A stretch of 64,000 nucleotides of DNA from NCBI GenBank assembly GCA_964016885.1, contig OZ024740.1, positions 4,650,001 through 4,714,000 of the forward strand, in the 5' to 3' direction. Below the pieces are notes generated by a model. The model saw only the letters and a list, made by a program, of their open reading frames with translations, did no database searches and was not told where the DNA came from. Below, piece after piece: positions 28,421-40,144 of the stretch. Within the stretch, counting starts at the first letter, position 1. Each line of letters opens with the position of its first letter. The translations under genes and the position numbers were made by a program. This DNA is from Eledone cirrhosa (taxonomy: Eukaryota).

Positions 28421-28881
28421 TAGAGAATCTGCTCACAGTACCCAGTAATGAGAGTAAGGAGATAAAGGTGATTTAATCAACTTTGCCCTTTACCCAAATT
28501 TGCTGGTACATCAGTAGAGGGTCGGACGCTTTGCAACATAGAGTTACAGTCGAGGTTAAAATTGCTTTTCGTCCTTATGGGGTCGACAAAATAAAGTACC
28601 TGTAATGCACTGAAGTAATTGCTGGTCTTAATGAGACTGTCAGACATAAAATGAAGGAGGCTTCTGTTTTCCTTATCTTTGTGTATACCAGAAGCAGGCC
28701 ACAGACAGAAAGATTTCCAATTATACAGATATATATATATCGACAGTTGATCAACAATCTCACTTACTTGGGTGGGAGCTCATCAAATTGAACTGAGGAA
28801 ACAATGTTTCCATAGGTTTTTCCTATTGCTAATATTATCTACCAGTCGCAACTCCTGGTAGAAGGAGCAACGTGAAATAAA

Positions 28882-28929
<48 letters not shown>

Positions 28930-28933
<4 letters not shown>

Positions 28934-29764
28934 ACGGGGAGAAAGAGGCGATTATGAGGAAGAAAACATTTTTTTTGTCTCTCTCTCTCTCTTTTTCTGG
29001 GTTAGAAAATGATTAACACGAAATGTTTTACTTTGTGTGAAGTGTTAAGGTATTAGTTGATTTATTTATTAATTAACAATGGCATTTATTTATCTATTTA
29101 TATATTTAATTATTGTCTATTACTGGTTTCTGCATTTATATGCATTATCAAATGATAGTGAAATGTATTAGTGTGGTGTCGCACATGTTAAACAGAAGGT
29201 GCAGAAAGAATAATATTATTTACAAACAAGGTTTAAGAAGTGAAAAGAAAAAAGAAAAAAAAACATGCATAATGTGGAATGTAAAAAGTCAATGTGGAAG
29301 AAAAGTTAATGTTATTTACAAGCACAGTCATTGAAGTTAAGCAGTTCAAAGTGTGTTAATATCGCAAGAGTGCTTAGTTGAACCATGGTTCCATGAAGGA
29401 GGCAAATGGTGGACTGTGGTTTAATATGATTTCCCTTTTTAGAGAGTTAATATGCAGGGGGATGCAATTCTTGATGGGTGATATTTAATTTATTTAAGAA
29501 AAAAAATTAGGTAGGGTGTGGGGGAGGTAACTCTTGTAAATGTTTGATGGTTTGTTGCAGTTTTAGATAGGTCCGAATTTTAGGGCATCGAGTACTGATG
29601 GAAATTTATTAATGAAATGTGTTTCCTTATTGGTGCGTTGGATGAAAGTAGCGTTGTCTATGAATTTGTAAATGGGGAAAATTTAAAAGAGAGAGAGAGA
29701 GAGACAAAAAAAAGGAAAAAAATATATTTTTCTTCCTCATAATCGTCTCTTTCTCCCTGTTTTC
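28930..29764. mobile_element. Inverted-repeat-bounded element in (TA)n enclosing the 3' end of another Penelope-like ORF
   Basis: ~65-bp imperfect TIRs GAAAACGGGGAGAAAGAGGCGATTATGAGGAAGAAAA... / ...TTTTCTTCCTCATAATCGTCTCTTTCTCCCTGTTTTC. The minus strand at ~29563-29682 translates IFPIYKFIDNATFIQRTNKETHFINKFPSVLDALKFGPI*, which resembles a PLE GIY-YIG C-terminus. Confidence 0.6.
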
Positions 29765-29780
29765 ATATATATATATATAT

Positions 29781-30919
29781 AATATATAAGATCAAAAGAT
29801 GGTTAAAGGAGTTCCATGTATTTTATTATGCGCATTTCAAAAACAAACATCATCATGCAATAATATTTGTGTTTTCATCAGATAAAACAGGAGGACATGA
29901 TATGAAGGCTAAAAAACACTTGTGGATAGTGCAGTTTTAAATCAACATATGAAAAGTAATTTTAGATTGATGTGTGATATTGGGAAAAATATTTTATTTA
30001 GAGAGGGGGGGGTGGAAAGGATGAAAAAAGGGGAGGAGTTGAGAGTGAAGGTGGAGAGGGAGAGATGGGTGATAGAGAGAAAGAGATAGTTTTTATAACT
30101 GAGAAAAGATATATTGTTTTACATAGTGAGGTTGAAAACCGTTGGAAGATAATGTATAAATTAAAAGAATTTGAAAATTAACGAAGGGAAAAAATATGTG
30201 CGAGGAAGGAGAGGGAGTTAATATGTATTGAGATTAAAAAGTTTGATGATAGAGAGAAAAAATAATAATTGCGGATGAATATTCTAACGTCAAAAAAAAG
30301 GGTGTATGTTTACAAGTATTATGGCAATTTCAAAATTAACGAAGAGAAAAAATGATTAAGGTTTGTGTATTGAAGGATTTGAGAAAAATAATGTGAAGTT
30401 AAGGTTTGTATATTGAAGGAATTGATAATATGTGCGAAGAAAGAGTTAATATGTATTAAAAAATTATTAAGGTTTGTGTATTGAAGGATTTGAGAAAAAT
30501 AAAGTGAAGTTAAGGTTTGTATATTGAAGGAATTGATAATATGTGCGAAGAAAGAGTTAATATGTATTAAAAAATTATTAAGGTTTGTGTATTGAAGGAT
30601 TTGAGAAAAATAATGTGAAGTTAAGGTTTGTATATTGAAGGAATTGATAATATGTGCGAAGAAAGAGTTAATATGTATTAAAAAATTATTAAGGTTTGTG
30701 TATTGAAGGATTTGAGAAAAATAATGTGAAGTTAAGGTTTGTATATTGAAGGAATTGATAATATGTGCGAAGAAAGAGTTAATATGTATTAAAAAATTAT
30801 TAAGGTTTGTGTATTGAAGGATTTGAGAAAAATAAAGTGAAGTTAAGGTTTGTATATTGAAGGAATTGATAATATGTGCGAAGAAAGAGTTAATATGTAT
30901 TAAGAATGAGTTAGATGAT
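29781..30919 (-). repeat. 3' pseudo-LTR of the PLE, with an internal 111-bp unit amplified 5x (30356-30903)
   Basis: Direct repeat of 33721-34413. The TTAAGGTTTGTGTATTGAAGG... unit starts at 30356, 30467, 30578, 30689 and 30800. Confidence 0.9.
29813..29895 (-). ncRNA. Type I hammerhead ribozyme in 3' pLTR
   Basis: UCC.ucc.UGUUUUAU-CUGAUGA-AAACA-CAAAUAUUAUU(GCAU)GAUGAUGUUUG-UUUUU-GAAA-UGCGCA-UA-AUAAAAUA.cau.GGA. Stem I is 8+3 bp, the stem II hairpin is 11 bp, and stem III is the palindrome AUGCGCAU. Confidence 0.88.
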
Positions 30920-31148
30920 GGGGAGAAAAAAATAATAAATTAAGGATGAATAATCTAGCGTCAAAAAAACAAATGTATATGTTATAAAGGATTTTACAAG
31001 GTGAAGATAGAATGAGGGTAATGAGTAAACAAGTATTATAGAGTGTATAATACCCTTTGAAGTAAGGTAGGAAGATGGGTATATTTTAAAAGAGGTGTAT
31101 GTATATGTGCCTTTGAGAAAAGATTCTAAATTGATAAAGAATTGAATA

Positions 31149-33552
31149 TTAGCTGTATACTTTGTGAAAAGTCCTATGGAATTTATGCAAGCAGATAGAA
31201 AACAAATCTGTACGTCTATTTATTATAGAATCTAGATTAGAGATAATGGTAAATTTTTCATTTAGGCAGAGATTACAGATTTTAGATAGAGAGCTGTTCA
31301 AGTATGGGGACGCAGAAGAAACCTTCTTCCAAAAGATGGTATATTTAATGTTTTTGTCTTTCAAGGACCATATGAGTTCTGAGAGAGCCGTGTTGGTTCT
31401 TTTAAGTTTGTATTTAAAAGATGAATGATGATTATAGAGACGAGCTTTAAAAGAGGTGGAAGTGGAGCCAAAATAGGTGAAGGAATTGGTGCTAGTTATA
31501 ACTTTACATTCATAAATTAAGTTTTTATCAAGACAATGGTTGTTGAGAGGACATTTATTTTTAATGCGGCAGTTGCAATTAGAGAGATTATTAATGAGTG
31601 ACCTAGTGTTATCTATAGAAGGAATTGGATTGGAGAAGTTGTTTGCGATAGGAATAATAGGAATAATAGTTTCTTCATTTAGAGTTAGATTATGAACATT
31701 TAGCGAAGTTGTGTTTGACGTTGTATTTGGGTTTACAGAAATTAGCCTAGGGTTTACAATGACGTCGGGAGTACTATTACTGTTATTATGAAATTCAATG
31801 TTGGAAGGAAGAGATTTAGTATTTAGTATTTTATTGTTGTGTTTAGAGATAATGTTGGAAATATTGGAGGATGTAGAATAAGAAAATTTTATGGTGTGTT
31901 TGTTAAATATTTTACTATAGATATGTGAGGGAGGGAAGCATTTATTTAAGGCACTAAAGAATAATTTAGGAATATTGTTATTAATAGAGATGGAGAAAGG
32001 AGCATTATACCAGATTATGTTTTTGTATCTAGGTCTTTTATTAAAGTTATTGGAATGATCATGATTAATTATTCTACTGTAAGTTTTTCTAGAATTTGTT
32101 TCTTTACTATATTTGATTTTATCAGGATAGCCGGCTTTAGAAAGCGCGTTATTATAGTAATTGGCGTTAGAATCAAAGATGTTTTTATTAGAAGATATGT
32201 TAGATATTCTTTTTCCTATATTACTAACTATAGCATTCTTGATATTGGTAGGATGGTTAGATTTAAAGTTAACATAATTTAGGTTCTCGTTGTTTTTATG
32301 GTAAGGGTAATATAGGCCAGTGTCAAGATTAAGAGATACATCCAAGAAATTAGCTAGTTTGATACTGTTATCAAATTCAATTTTTAGGTTATGTTGGTTA
32401 AAGAGATTACGTATATTGTTCTTAATAATATTAAGGTTAACTATATTGCAATTTAAGATAGTAAAGAGTCCATCGTCACGATAAATTCCACCGCGAAGTT
32501 GAGGAATTTTCCGACTCAAAGAGTTCAAAATAAAGATACCAATTAAATCAGTCAATTGGGATGAATCGGATGCTCCCATTGTGATGTCGAAGTTGTTAGA
32601 GGTATCGGCTCTGGTCCAATATTCGTTGTTGAACTCTAGGATGGTTTTACGTGCGGTGAGGATGATGTGAAGTTCATCTGTGGTGATGTCAGAATATTTA
32701 AGTGCGAAAGATAGAGCATTATTGAGAAGTGAAGGCGAAATGGAGGAATAGTAGCTGGCAATATCAAATTGAATAAATTTTAGTTTGTTTTTATTATCCA
32801 ATTTGTTGAACCAGCTAATCACTTCAGAAGTACCAAACCATAAATTTAGGTTCAAAGAAGAGCAATTAGAACTAACCTGTGGGATAATTCTATCCAAGAT
32901 GGCTTTGCTAACAACCCCCAGATCAGATTTAGAGGGGGCGATTAATCTAACAGGTAGTTCAGTGCGAAAATTGTTTTTGTGATCCTTGAGATTTATCCTC
33001 GGAGTTCTTGGGAGGAATGGTTCGGTCTTTTTTTCAATGCCAAGTTTTGACATAATCTCAGAGGCTTCAAGGTTTATGTATTCTAAATTTTCATGGTTGG
33101 TTTTACGATACTTTTTCCTAAGTTCCTTTAGGATAAGGTTGTTATAATTATCCTTGGAAATACCATATAAGTTATTGGTTTTGTCAGAGTGGACTAAAAC
33201 ATTTTTTGAGGAATTTAGGTTAGAAATTGTGTTCTTGAGATTTACAAGGTGCTCTTGTCCTTTGTAAGGGTATCTCTTGAATTTAAGATTTTTTATTATT
33301 TTAGTTAACTCTTCCTCGAATTGCACTAGATTTTTGTTGGAAGGAGGATTTCGTCTAGAATTAAATAGATGATCGAGGAAGTTATGTTCTTTGGTATAGA
33401 AGTTCCCTTTTAGGCGCTGGTCATAGAAATAGGCTATCCATCTAAGTCTTCTTACGAAGGAATCAGTTTTTTTCAATTAGAAGTTTGGTGAATTCAGATT
33501 TACCAGGTATAGGAATGTCTTTAGTTGAATTGGTTATGTTGTAATAATCCAT
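31149..33552 (-). CDS. Penelope-like reverse transcriptase + GIY-YIG endonuclease (~800 aa; one +1 frameshift in an A7 run at 33467-33473)
   Basis: RT motifs PVRLI, FDIASYYSSI, ITMGASDS, IYRDDGL, NFLDVSL, SNHP. Linker CNCRIKNKCPLNNHCL. Endonuclease LIY..TYFGST..FKARLYNH..CNLCLNEK..N. The ATG at 33552 gives MDYYNITNSTKDIPIPGKSEFTKLLIEK, which joins TDSFVRRLRW if one A is removed. Confidence 0.92.
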
Positions 33553-33720
33553 GTTGTAGAAGAAGAGGTAAAAGACCATCAAAAGGTATCCAATATGAGA
33601 GTAAGCGTTCAACCGTTAAGGAGCAAGTTAATGTAGGAGGTGAGTTTTATTGTAGTACAATAAAGCAATGCAGATATCGGATAAGAAGCACTCTACAGTT
33701 TGTAGGACTGGAGTATACAT

Positions 33721-34413
33721 AATATATGAGTTCAAAAGATGGTTAAAGGAGTTCCATGTATTTTATTATGCGCATTTCAAAAACAAACATCATCATGCAA
33801 TAATATTTGTGTTTTCATCAGATAAAACAGGAGGACATGATATGAAGGCTAAAAAGCACTTGTGGATAGTGCAGTTTTAAATCAACATATGAAAAGTAAT
33901 TTTAGATTGATGTGTGATATTGGGAAAAATATTTTATTTAGAGAGGGGGGTGGAAAGGATGAAAAAAGGGGAGGAGATGAGAGTGAAGGTGGAGAGGGAG
34001 AGATGGGTGATAGAGAGAAAGAGATAGTTTTTATAACTGAGAAAAGATATATTGTTTTACATAGAGAGGTTGAAAACCGTTGGAAGATAATGTATAAATT
34101 AAAAGAATTTGAAAATTAACGAAAGGAAAAATATGTGCGAGGAAGGAGAGGGAGTTAATATGTATTGAGATTAAAAAGTTTGATGATAGAGAGAAAAAAT
34201 AATAATTGCGGATGAATATTCTAACGTCAAAAGAAAAGGGTGTATGTTTACAAGTATTATGGCAATTTCAAAATTAACGAAGAGAAAAAATGATTAAGGT
34301 TTGTGTATTGAAGTATTTGAGAAAAATAATGTGAAGTTAAGGTTTGTATATTGAAGGAATTGATAATATGTGCGAAGAAAGAGTTAATATGTATTAAGAA
34401 TGAGTTAGATGAT
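33721..34413 (-). repeat. 5' pseudo-LTR of the PLE
   Basis: Matches 29781-30919 apart from a few substitutions and has only one copy of the 111-bp unit. Confidence 0.9.
33753..33835 (-). ncRNA. Type I hammerhead ribozyme in 5' pLTR
   Basis: Same sequence as 29813-29895. Confidence 0.88.
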
Positions 34414-34452
34414 ATATATATATCTTAACTCGCGTGCCTCATCTCCACATTT

Positions 34453-34536
<84 letters not shown>

Positions 34537-34752
34537 TTATATATATATATAAGTATGTATACGTACATACATATATGTATACAGACGTACAGTAGTATGT
34601 ATATATATATACATACATGCACACATATATATATACGTATGGATTCACCGAACATTTATTATAATGCTCGGTATGTTTGTAAATAAACATCCCGAATTAA
34701 GCCGTAGTGTCTAGCAACCATCGTTGCTCATTTGTTCAACACTGACAAAGGA

Positions 34753-34795
34753 ACGCTGTACTAGTTTCAAGCTTATTAGCTATCGTCAGCAACGT
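34753..34795 (-). ncRNA. Minimal type I hammerhead (left arm of palindrome 1)
   Basis: Reverse complement of 34992-35034. Confidence 0.85.
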
Positions 34796-34991
34796 ATACC
34801 TTCCTGCCAGATGATTAAACGTCTGAAAGTATATACTTTCCTTATGCATATTAACGGCTGAGCAGCCTAATTTGCATATCGGTGCGCCCGGCCGATTAAC
34901 TCACTCGATATGCCAATTAGGCTGCTCAGACGTTAATATGCATAAGGAATGTATATACTTTCAGACGTTCAATCATCTGGCAGGAAGGTAT

Positions 34992-35034
34992 ACGTTGCTG
35001 ACGATAGCTAATAAGCTTGAAACTAGTACAGCGT
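34992..35034 (+). ncRNA. Minimal type I hammerhead (right arm of palindrome 1)
   Basis: ACGUUG-CUGACGA-U-AGCU(AAUA)AGCU-U-GAAA-CUAG-UA-CAGCGU. Stem I is 6 bp and stem III is the palindrome ACUAGU. Confidence 0.87.
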
Positions 35035-35304
35035 TCCTTTGTCAGTGTTGAACAAATGAGCAACGATGGTTGCTAGACACTGTACGGCTTAATTCGGGAT
35101 GTTTGTTTACAAACACACCGAGGATTATAATAAATGTTCGGTGAATCCATACGTACATATATATATATATGTGTGCATGTATGTATATATATATACATAC
35201 TACTGTACGTCTGTATACATATATGTATGTACGTGTACATACTTATATTTAAGTAACAGCCGTACTAAGAGTGAGAAATGAAATTTCGTTTCATTTTTTC
35301 CGTT

Positions 35305-35417
<113 letters not shown>

Positions 35418-35426
35418 GTATATATA

Positions 35427-35496
<70 letters not shown>

Positions 35497-35683
35497 TAAT
35501 TTAATATATCAACTAACATAAGCGCACAGATGCACGCCCATGCCAGCAAATACACAGGTTATGTCATAGTACCTAGGTGGTTCAATGCAGGAGAATGCAG
35601 AACAATAATATAAAGGACGTAAAATAAGAAAATATTTTTTTTTAAAAATTTAAAAAAAATTTTTTTTACTTACTTAAATTTTC

Positions 35684-35765
35684 ACTCCAACTAATTAGTT
35701 TCTGCAATGGGATAAAGACAGTTACGTAATCCAACTGTCGAGAATTCATTGCGTCATCAGGGAGT
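35684..35765 (-). ncRNA. Type I hammerhead with extended stem II (element 2, copy 1)
   Basis: Reverse complement of 36853-36934, core intact. Confidence 0.87.
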
Positions 35766-36254
35766 CTATTCTCAGTTAAGTCTCCGGGCAATGCGCGGAC
35801 ACTGGCGGCTCATATAAAAATAATAATAATTCGGTAGATCGAACAGCTTGCGAGGACTGGATTCTATGTGCCGAAATTCTCACTGCTTCAAGTCAAATGG
35901 CCGATTCTAAAGAATCAATCACGTGACACAGAGGCTAGTTAGAAGGAATGGGATGGTAAGATGACTGACGCCTACTAACACCCAAAAAAAATTTTTTTTT
36001 AGAAGTGGTTTTGACAAGTTTGCTCGACAAATCAGTGATTTGGAGATAAATATAGATAATTTAATATATCAACTAACATAAGCGCACAGATGCACGCCCA
36101 TGCCAGCAAATACACAGGTTATGTCATAGTACCTAGGTGGTTCAATGCAGGAGAATGCAGAACAATAATATAAAGGACGTAAAATAAGAAAATATTTAAA
36201 AAAAAAAAATTTAAAAAAAATTTTTTTTTTTTTTTTTTACTTACTTAAATTTTC

Positions 36255-36336
36255 ACTCCAACTAATTAGTTTTTGCAATGGGATAAAGACAGTTACGTAA
36301 TCCAACTGTCGAGAATTCATTGCGTCATCAGGGAGT
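36255..36336 (-). ncRNA. Hammerhead copy 2 of element 2 with core mutation GAAA>AAAA (C>T at 36273), likely inactive
   Basis: Plus strand reads TAGTTTTTGC instead of the TAGTTTCTGC in copy 1. Confidence 0.75.
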
Positions 36337-36852
36337 CTATTCTCAGTTAAGTCTCCAGGCAATGCGCGGACATTGGCGGATTTAAGTAAGTAAAAAAAAT
36401 TTTTTTAAAATTTTTTTAAAAAAATATTTTCTTATTTTACGTCCTTTATATTATTGTTCTGCATTCTCCTGCATTGAACCACCTAGGTACTATGACATAA
36501 CCTGTGTATTTGCTGGCATGGGCGTGCATCTGTGCGCTTATGTTAGTTGATATATTAAATTATCTATATTTATCTCCAAATCACTGATTTGTCGAGCAAA
36601 CTTGTCAAAACCACTTCTAAAAAAAATTTTTTTGGGGTGTTAGTAGGTGTCAGTCATCTTACCATCCCATTCCTTCTAACTAGCCTCTGTGTCACGTGAT
36701 TGATTCTTTAGAATCGGCCATTTGACTTGAAGCAGTGAGAATTTCGGCACATAGAATCCAGTCCTCGCAAGCTGTTCGATCTACCGAATTATTATTATTT
36801 TTATATGAGCCGCCAGTGTCCGCGCATTGCCTGGAGACTTAACTGAGAATAG

Positions 36853-36934
36853 ACTCCCTGATGACGCAATGAATTCTCGACAGTTGGATTACGTAACTGT
36901 CTTTATCCCATTGCAGAAACTAATTAGTTGGAGT
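36853..36934 (+). ncRNA. Type I hammerhead with extended stem II (element 2, copy 3)
   Basis: ACUCC-CUGAUGA-C-GCAAUG..GACAGUU(GGAUUACGU)AACUGUC..CAUUGC-A-GAAA-CUAAUUAG-UU-GGAGU. Stem I is ACUCC/GGAGU and stem III is the palindrome ACUAAUUAGU. Confidence 0.88.
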
Positions 36935-37003
36935 GAAAATTTAAGTAAGTAAAAAAAAATTTTTTTTAAATTTTTTTTAAAAAATATTTTCTTATTTTAC
37001 GTC

Positions 37004-37072
<69 letters not shown>

Positions 37073-37099
37073 TATATATATACATATCTATATATGTAT

Positions 37100-37185
<86 letters not shown>

Positions 37186-37186
37186 G

Positions 37187-37298
<112 letters not shown>

Positions 37299-37311
37299 AA
37301 TATATATATAC

Positions 37312-37362
<51 letters not shown>

Positions 37363-37363
37363 A

Positions 37364-37432
<69 letters not shown>

Positions 37433-37436
<4 letters not shown>

Positions 37437-37636
37437 AGGTATGTGGCTGAGTGGTTAGAAAATTGGATTCAAATCATGTGATTGTGAGTTCGATTCCTGG
37501 ACCAGACGATGCGTTATGTCCTTGAGCAAGACACTTTATTTCACATTGCTCCTTCTAACTGGAGTTGCGACTGGTAGATAATATTAGCAATATGAAAAAC
37601 CTATGGAAACATTGTTTCCTCAGTTCAATTTGATGT
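37433..37636 (+). mobile_element. tRNA-derived SINE with CORE-like body, 3'-truncated
   Basis: A box TGGCTGAGTGG, B box GAGTTCGATTCC, then TGTCCTTGAGCAAGACACTTTATTTCAC. An inverted partial copy lies at ~28780-28883. Confidence 0.8.
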
Positions 37637-37657
37637 ATATATATATATCAAATTGAA

Positions 37658-37704
<47 letters not shown>

Positions 37705-37730
37705 TCGTCATCATCATGATATATATATAT

Positions 37731-38176
37731 ACTAGACCTGAAAAATGCGCAAGCTCAAAAGAGCTACAGAATGTTATAATAAACCTTCAAAAGTGTGGGA
37801 CTATAGTTGTTGCTCAAAAATAGTCTAATCATTATCTATTGTACACTCTGTGGCATCCTTTTATAAAAAAAGAGACTCATAACGAACTCAAGACGACACG
37901 ATTATTATTTAAGCTAATGTTCAATATCTCATATTAGATGTTTAGATGATTAATACGAAATGCACTTAAACCGAATTCTATATTATAAATTCACTTAAAT
38001 AATTATCGTGTCGTCTTGAGTTCGTTATGAGTCTCTTTTTTTATAAAAGGATGCCACAGAGTGTACGATAGATAATGATTAGAATATTTTTGAGCAACAA
38101 CTCTAGTCCCACACTTTTGAAGGTTTATTATAACATTCTGTAGCTCTTTTGAGCTTGCGCATTTTTCAGGTCTAGT
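37731..38176. mobile_element. Long non-coding palindromic element 3 (~183-bp arms, 80-nt spacer)
   Basis: ACTAGACCTGAAAAATGCGCAAGCTC... / ...GAGCTTGCGCATTTTTCAGGTCTAGT, with arms 37731-37913 and 37994-38176. Confidence 0.85.
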
Positions 38177-38760
38177 TTAATATTTTTTTAAGGCAACGCT
38201 TGTAATAACTCTAGTTAAACATGATATATATTAATAATAAATTATCGTTGTAATGTAATTAGATTATATAATTGTTATTTTATAAATGATCTTATAAATA
38301 TTATTGTAAGATGTATTAAAAATATTTTCAGACTTTTAATAGTTAATATAAATTTTAAAAATCATATATAAATTAACAATATAACTTACCAACACGAGAA
38401 AAATATTTTGATGATAAAACAATGAAATACTGGAGGAAGATTCGAAAGCGAAACAATAAATAAACGTGGAAACAAAGTGGCGGATGCTTTGGGGCAACAA
38501 TTACTCTCGTTGGTTGATTAGCCAATAAGACGATGAAATTAGCCAATAAGACGATACATTACAAAAGATGTTTGGGAGGCATCACCACGGCCAGCGACAC
38601 CCCTTGAAATTTTTATTCACAAGCTACGCATGTATGTCATCATGTCAGACACGCAGGCTTAAAACATTCTGTTGTTAGTCACTGCGTGTTTGACAGATAT
38701 ACCATGACGATGATGATATATATATATCATCATCATGATATATATATATCATCATCATCA

Positions 38761-38870
<110 letters not shown>

Positions 38871-38916
38871 ATGAAAAGCGAAGTAGTTTCAGATGTTCAA
38901 GTCCTTTAATAATAAT

Positions 38917-38990
38917 GCTGTGATATATATTTCAGTGACGACACTGGCCACACTGTTCTGTGTGCGAGTGTCGTGTCATCATCAGACAGC
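38917..38990 (-). ncRNA. Type I hammerhead with long stem II (left arm of palindrome 4)
   Basis: GCUGU-CUGAUGA-UGAC-ACGACACU-CG-CACAC(AGAACA)GUGUG-GCC-AGUGUCGU-CACU-GAAA-UAUAUA-UC-ACAGC. Stem I is GCUGU/ACAGC and stem III is the palindrome AUAUAUAU. Confidence 0.83.
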
Positions 38991-39168
38991 TTGTTACATA
39001 ATAAGGTTATGTTTCCGAGGCAATCCAAATTGGATCGACATGGGAACGGATGAATTGCGTGTTTTGGAGTTTTTCATCCACTCCCTTGAAAAACCCCAAA
39101 ACACGCAATTCATCCGTTCCCATGTCGATCCAATTTGGATTGCCTCGGAAACATAACCTTATTATGTA

Positions 39169-39242
39169 ACAGTCTGATGATGACACGACACTCGCACACA
39201 GAACAGTGTGGCCAGTGTCGTCACTGAAATATATATCACAGC
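39169..39242 (+). ncRNA. Hammerhead (right arm of palindrome 4), stem I damaged by a 4-nt deletion
   Basis: Core and stems II/III match the left copy, but the 5' side reads GUAACAGU instead of GUAACAAGCUGU. Confidence 0.7.
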
Positions 39243-39368
39243 ATTATTATTAAAGGACTTGAACATCTGAAACTACTTCGCTTTTCCTTATTCGATATTT
39301 ACTCCGTCACTCCTATGTGGAAAAAGTACGTTGAGTGCTTGAATTGAATTGCATCAATATTTACCCTA

Positions 39369-39407
<39 letters not shown>

Positions 39408-39572
39408 GTAATTCCGTCGGAAAAGTCCAGGAAAAAAGAGTGCTCTATGTAGGTAACAGAGCTTAATAGTTATGTAATAAACAACATAAGGCAATTATTC
39501 CATTTACCAGTGGTTTCTTAAAAGCAAAAAATGTTGCTTTCAATCATCAGAATGAAAAAATCCTGGTCACCA

Positions 39573-39673
<101 letters not shown>

Positions 39674-39829
39674 AATATACACGGGTGTGTATGATTGTGT
39701 ATAGAAGATTATATTAATAAAAGGAATTCAAACTTTGTCTGAATTACTCGTTTTATTTACAATCCTTTAAAATTTTTAATGGTATTAAAATGAAATAGTA
39801 TGATAGAATATTAAATGTTAAGTGTTAAT

Positions 39830-39868
39830 TGAACAAGTACTTTCATGCTTTCGCAATCTTCAGGTTCA
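39830..39868 (-). ncRNA. Hammerhead-like motif with stem II reduced to a 4-nt linker
   Basis: UGAAC-CUGAAGA-UUGC-GAAA-GCAU(GAAA)GUAC-UU-GUUCA. Stem I is a perfect 5 bp and stem III has one mismatch. Confidence 0.55.
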
Positions 39869-40144
39869 TAATGTGTGGTGACAGTCAAGTTTGCAATTTT
39901 CAATCATCATCATGATATATATATATATATCATCATGATATATATATATATATCATGATGATGATGATGATGATATATATATCATCATGATACATTAATT
40001 ACATTGTTTTCATAGCTTTAGGCTCTGGCTGGGATGTTCTATTACAGTTACTCCTGTGTGTATGCCTCAAACGAATTTGTTGAGTAAATTGTAAACAACA
40101 AGATCACAATCAGTGGATATCGATCTAAAGCCTTATATTATATT

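Larger units (their letters stand above)
29781..34413 (-). mobile_element. Near-intact Penelope-like retroelement (C-terminal GIY-YIG, Cys-rich linker) with direct pseudo-LTRs
   Basis: An RT-GIY-YIG ORF flanked by highly similar direct repeats 29781-30919 and 33721-34413, each holding a hammerhead. Both ends abut (TA)n. Confidence 0.93.
34548..35247. mobile_element. Long non-coding palindromic element 1 (~335-bp arms, 24-nt spacer 34882-34905) with two divergent hammerheads
   Basis: The arms are near-perfect reverse complements (e.g. GGATTCACCGAACATTTATTATAAT / ATTATAATAAATGTTCGGTGAATCC), flanked by TA-rich microsatellite. Confidence 0.9.
35493..37010. mobile_element. Tandem plus inverted non-coding element 2 (A-B-C-A-B | A'-C'-B'-A'part; unit ~560-570 bp) with three hammerhead copies
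   Basis: The direct repeat restarts at ~36053 and the inversion junction is at 36379/36380. Arm ~35609-36250 pairs with 36380-37010. Long (TA)n lies on both sides. Confidence 0.9.

Noticed and set aside
37433-37510. tRNA gene
   Set aside because: A and B boxes are present but there is no cloverleaf, and it continues into a SINE body.
38636-38710. Hairpin GTCAGACACGCAG/CTGCGTGTTTGAC as SECIS or pre-miRNA, near a duplicated CCAAT motif
   Set aside because: There is no AUGA/GA quartet, the loop is large, and the PLE ORF has no in-frame UGA apart from that caused by the frameshift.
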